Below the pieces are notes generated by a model that saw only the letters and a list, made by a program, of their open reading frames with translations, was not told the DNA's origin and ran no database searches. A program made the translations under genes and the position numbers. From positions 118,700 through 182,699 of the forward strand of contig CBDCTA010000028.1 in assembly GCA_965221955.1 (NCBI GenBank): 64,000 nt of DNA, given 5' to 3'. Shown here in pieces: positions 61,480-64,000 of this stretch; position 1 is the first letter of the stretch; each line of letters starts with the position of its first letter. Source of the DNA: Gammaproteobacteria bacterium. GTDB lineage: Bacteria > Pseudomonadota > Gammaproteobacteria > UBA4575.

Positions 61480-62367
61480 TCAACTTTCCGTTGTCGTGCT
61501 GCCAACTGGCGAGCCTGCTGCATCTTGAAAAACTTGCATAACATGTGCGCGCATTTTTTGCACTTCAGGATCATCTCGATCTCTAGGATCAGGAAGCTCC
61601 ACTTTTAAATCATGCATCATTTTGCCTGGTGAACCTGCCATGATCATTGCTCGATCCGCCATGATCACTGCTTCATCAATATCATGCGTCACCATAACTA
61701 TATTAAATCCAAGCTGTTTTGAAATTGCTCGAACATCTTTTTGTAGTGAAGCTCTAGTGAATGCATCCAACGCAGAAAAAGGTTCATCTAAAAGCAACAT
61801 TTCTGGTTCCATTACCAACGATCTTGCTAAAGCCACACGTTGCTGCTGTCCACCTGATAAATCTTGTGTGTTTTTATGCGCAAACTCATCCATGTGCACC
61901 AAACTAATAGCTTCTTTGACACGTTCTGCAATTCTATCTTTAGACCAACCTGCAAAACGTAATCCAGTCCCAACATTTTGTTCAACAGTCATCCATGGAA
62001 ATAAATGCGGTGCTTGGAACATCATGATCCATTTTGATGAAGGACCCGTAACTGCTTTGTTATTAATTTCGTTGGTACCAGTATAACCACCTAACAAGCC
62101 TGCAATAATGTGGAGAAAAGTTGATTTACCACAACCCGAACGCCCAATAATGACAATCGATTCGCCTGGTTCGGCTTGTACATCCACTTTTTCAAATGTA
62201 AGAGGACTCTTTTGGTTATACCGATGAGTTAAGCTCTTAACATTAATATGTACGCCATTGCGTTCTGCCATGTTTATTCCCTTATCTGTAGTCGCAAAAT
62301 GCTTAGCATTTTGTTCAGCACCGGTTAATGAAATTAAACTTCCTTTTAAATTTTGGAAAATAGCCAA
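61480..62367 (-). CDS. NitT/TauT family ABC transporter ATPase
   Basis: GRSGCGKST, LSGGQQQR, LLLDEPFSALD and VTHD motifs. Start is TTG 62367 (AGGAGG RBS) or ATG 62271. Confidence 0.92.
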   Translation of the reverse strand: MAIFQNLKGSLISLTGAEQNAKHFATTDKGINMAERNGVHINVKSLTHRYNQKSPLTFEKVDVQAEPGESIVIIGRSGCGKSTFLHIIAGLLGGYTGTNEINNKAVTGPSSKWIMMFQAPHLFPWMTVEQNVGTGLRFAGWSKDRIAERVKEAISLVHMDEFAHKNTQDLSGGQQQRVALARSLVMEPEMLLLDEPFSALDAFTRASLQKDVRAISKQLGFNIVMVTHDIDEAVIMADRAMIMAGSPGKMMHDLKVELPDPRDRDDPEVQKMRAHVMQVFQDAAGSPVGSTTTES

Positions 62368-62426
62368 TGTATTTCCTCCTTGTAAAAGATATGCTTCCTT
62401 GTAACTGACATAGGTATTAATAATGA

Positions 62427-62789
62427 TTATTCGGCGATAATCCTATCTGCCCATTCAGTATCTTCTACAAATGTATCGGGATTACCAGGCTGACCACCTG
62501 CATTTGCCATATCTTCTTCGGTAATTCCTCTAGCCCTTGAACATGCACCGCAAAATTCGATTCGCACACCCTCATCCAATGCATTTTTCCACTGCTCAGC
62601 AACGGAAGGCCAACCCACCGGTTTTAAATTTTCACGTACAACTTCTCGCGCGAGACATACAGCCTCACCTAACAAAAATATGCGCACTTGATGACCTGCA
62701 CTTGCCAAAGCGTGACTATGCCCAAGCACCATTGCAGCACGCGTCGGGTCGTCACTACCCCAAGAAGATTTCATAAAAATTTTTAACAT
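62427..62789 (-). CDS. DsrE/DsrF-like family protein (putative sulfur carrier)
   Basis: VRIFLLGEAV and FCGACSRARG motifs. Confidence 0.82.
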   Translation of the reverse strand: MLKIFMKSSWGSDDPTRAAMVLGHSHALASAGHQVRIFLLGEAVCLAREVVRENLKPVGWPSVAEQWKNALDEGVRIEFCGACSRARGITEEDMANAGGQPGNPDTFVEDTEWADRIIAE

Positions 62790-62877
62790 GGACTCCTTCC
62801 TACTTCTGAAACTATTTAGAAAATTTCTATTTATTTTTTACAAACTATTTTAATTTTTTATTTCCGAAGTTGATTTA

Positions 62878-63244
62878 CTACATCATGTGTAAACGTTTAT
62901 CGACCTCCTTCATATGTTTCTTTTAAATCTTCTTCGTCAATTAAACCTCGACGAATCATCGAATGTGCTAGAGCTAATAATTGGCGCTCGGGATAAGGCA
63001 CATCCTTATAAAGTTCTTCGACAAGATCATCTTCTTCCCAACGCCTTTCCACACGCCGGTAGACGCACAAGCTACTTCTGACAAGTACTTCGCAGGTCGC
63101 TTCTAAGGTAACTTTCCAAGGAGGGTCTGGGATTTTCTACACCCCATTTCTTACTCAAGATCTTCCCAGGAACGTCCTGAGCCATCTTTTTTTATTTCTT
63201 CCAAGAACCGCTATTGGCGAATTATCCAAATTACGCTTAGACAT
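62878..63244 (-). CDS. Thiocyanate hydrolase activator (P15K-like; nitrile hydratase beta N-terminal homolog), frameshifted
   Basis: Fragments PWKVTLEATCEVL...ERRWEEDDL..ELYKDVPYPERQLLALAHSMIRRGLIDEEDL; directly downstream of scnC. Confidence 0.6.
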
Positions 63245-63334
63245 TTCCTCATCTAAGTTCAATTTTTTCAGGATTAATTTCCACCTCAAATTGTCCATAA
63301 CTCTTATTCCTAATGACCATACGGCTTAAGTGCT

Positions 63335-64000
63335 TTACGAATCGGTCGTAGGATCATTTGCAGTTTTACCTGGTTTAGGTAATGCAACCCCTATCAAACA
63401 GTCACGCGTAACGATTTCAGTGAGCTGATCTTCCGTCCATCCTTCGGTTCCTTCTGGACGTTCAGGCATTACGATATAGCGTGTCTTTTGATTGGAATCC
63501 ACTACTCGCACTTCAACATCATCCGGAAGCTGTAAACCAAATTCAGATAAGTACTTGTCTTGGCCAACGCTAACTAACCGTCGGCGATAATTTGGTGTGC
63601 GATACCATTCAGGTGATTGACCTAAAATAGGTCTTGGATAACAAGAGCAAAGGGTACATACCACCACATGTTTTAATGTTGGTGTATCCGCCATTACACG
63701 CAAATTACAGTAGTCACTAGGTGTGCCGAACTGAGTAGGCATTTGCTTCACCCAATCAATGCCTACTTCCAAACTTGCTTTAACTCCATCTTCAATACAA
63801 AGTTTTTTATATTCTGGATCTAACCATGCTTTAGCGACTAAACGTGCGGCAGGTACAGGACTCAATGTATGCATGTACTCTGTCCATGCATTGATGATCT
63901 TCTTGCAGTAAAAAGACCTTTTTCAATCGCAAGTTCACGAACAGCTATTTCAAGAATTTCAAATTCGCTGACTTCATCTACCATTGGTGCAGCTTTATGT
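63335..64000 (-). CDS. scnC: Thiocyanate hydrolase gamma subunit (Co-type nitrile hydratase alpha family); 5' end outside window, with indels
   Basis: VVCTLCSCYPRPILGQSPEWY cobalt-ligand motif; HKAAPMVDEVSEFEILE.AVRELAIEK, PAARLVAKAWLDPEYKKLCIEDG and PTQFGTPSDYCNLRV closely match Thiobacillus ScnC as I recall it. Confidence 0.9.

Overview
64 kb of an AT-rich chromosome, most likely from a gammaproteobacterial methylotroph or organosulfur oxidiser (rpoE-rseAB-degP-lepA, nadB, orn, recR-ybaB-dnaX-ffs synteny). The first ~28 kb is a C1/organosulfur island. It holds two different formylmethanofuran-handling clusters. One is an archaeal-like fwdD-fwdB-fwdA-ftr-fwdC operon whose B subunit keeps the Mo/W-pterin ligand motif, followed by a 7Fe ferredoxin and a ferredoxin-NADP+ reductase. 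The other is a standard methylotroph fhcBADC with a degenerate B subunit, followed directly by an NAD-linked formate dehydrogenase. Between them lie two tandem methanethiol oxidase (mtoX) genes with SCO, MauG-like and TlpA-like maturation genes. The middle is mostly housekeeping and small accessory genes. The right end carries a cobalt thiocyanate hydrolase operon (scnC, P15K-like, DsrE, NitT/TauT ABC transporter, cbtB). Many frameshifts, mostly insertions and some in essential genes, point to long-read consensus errors, so pseudogene calls are withheld. All assignments come from recognising motifs by eye; no database searches were run.
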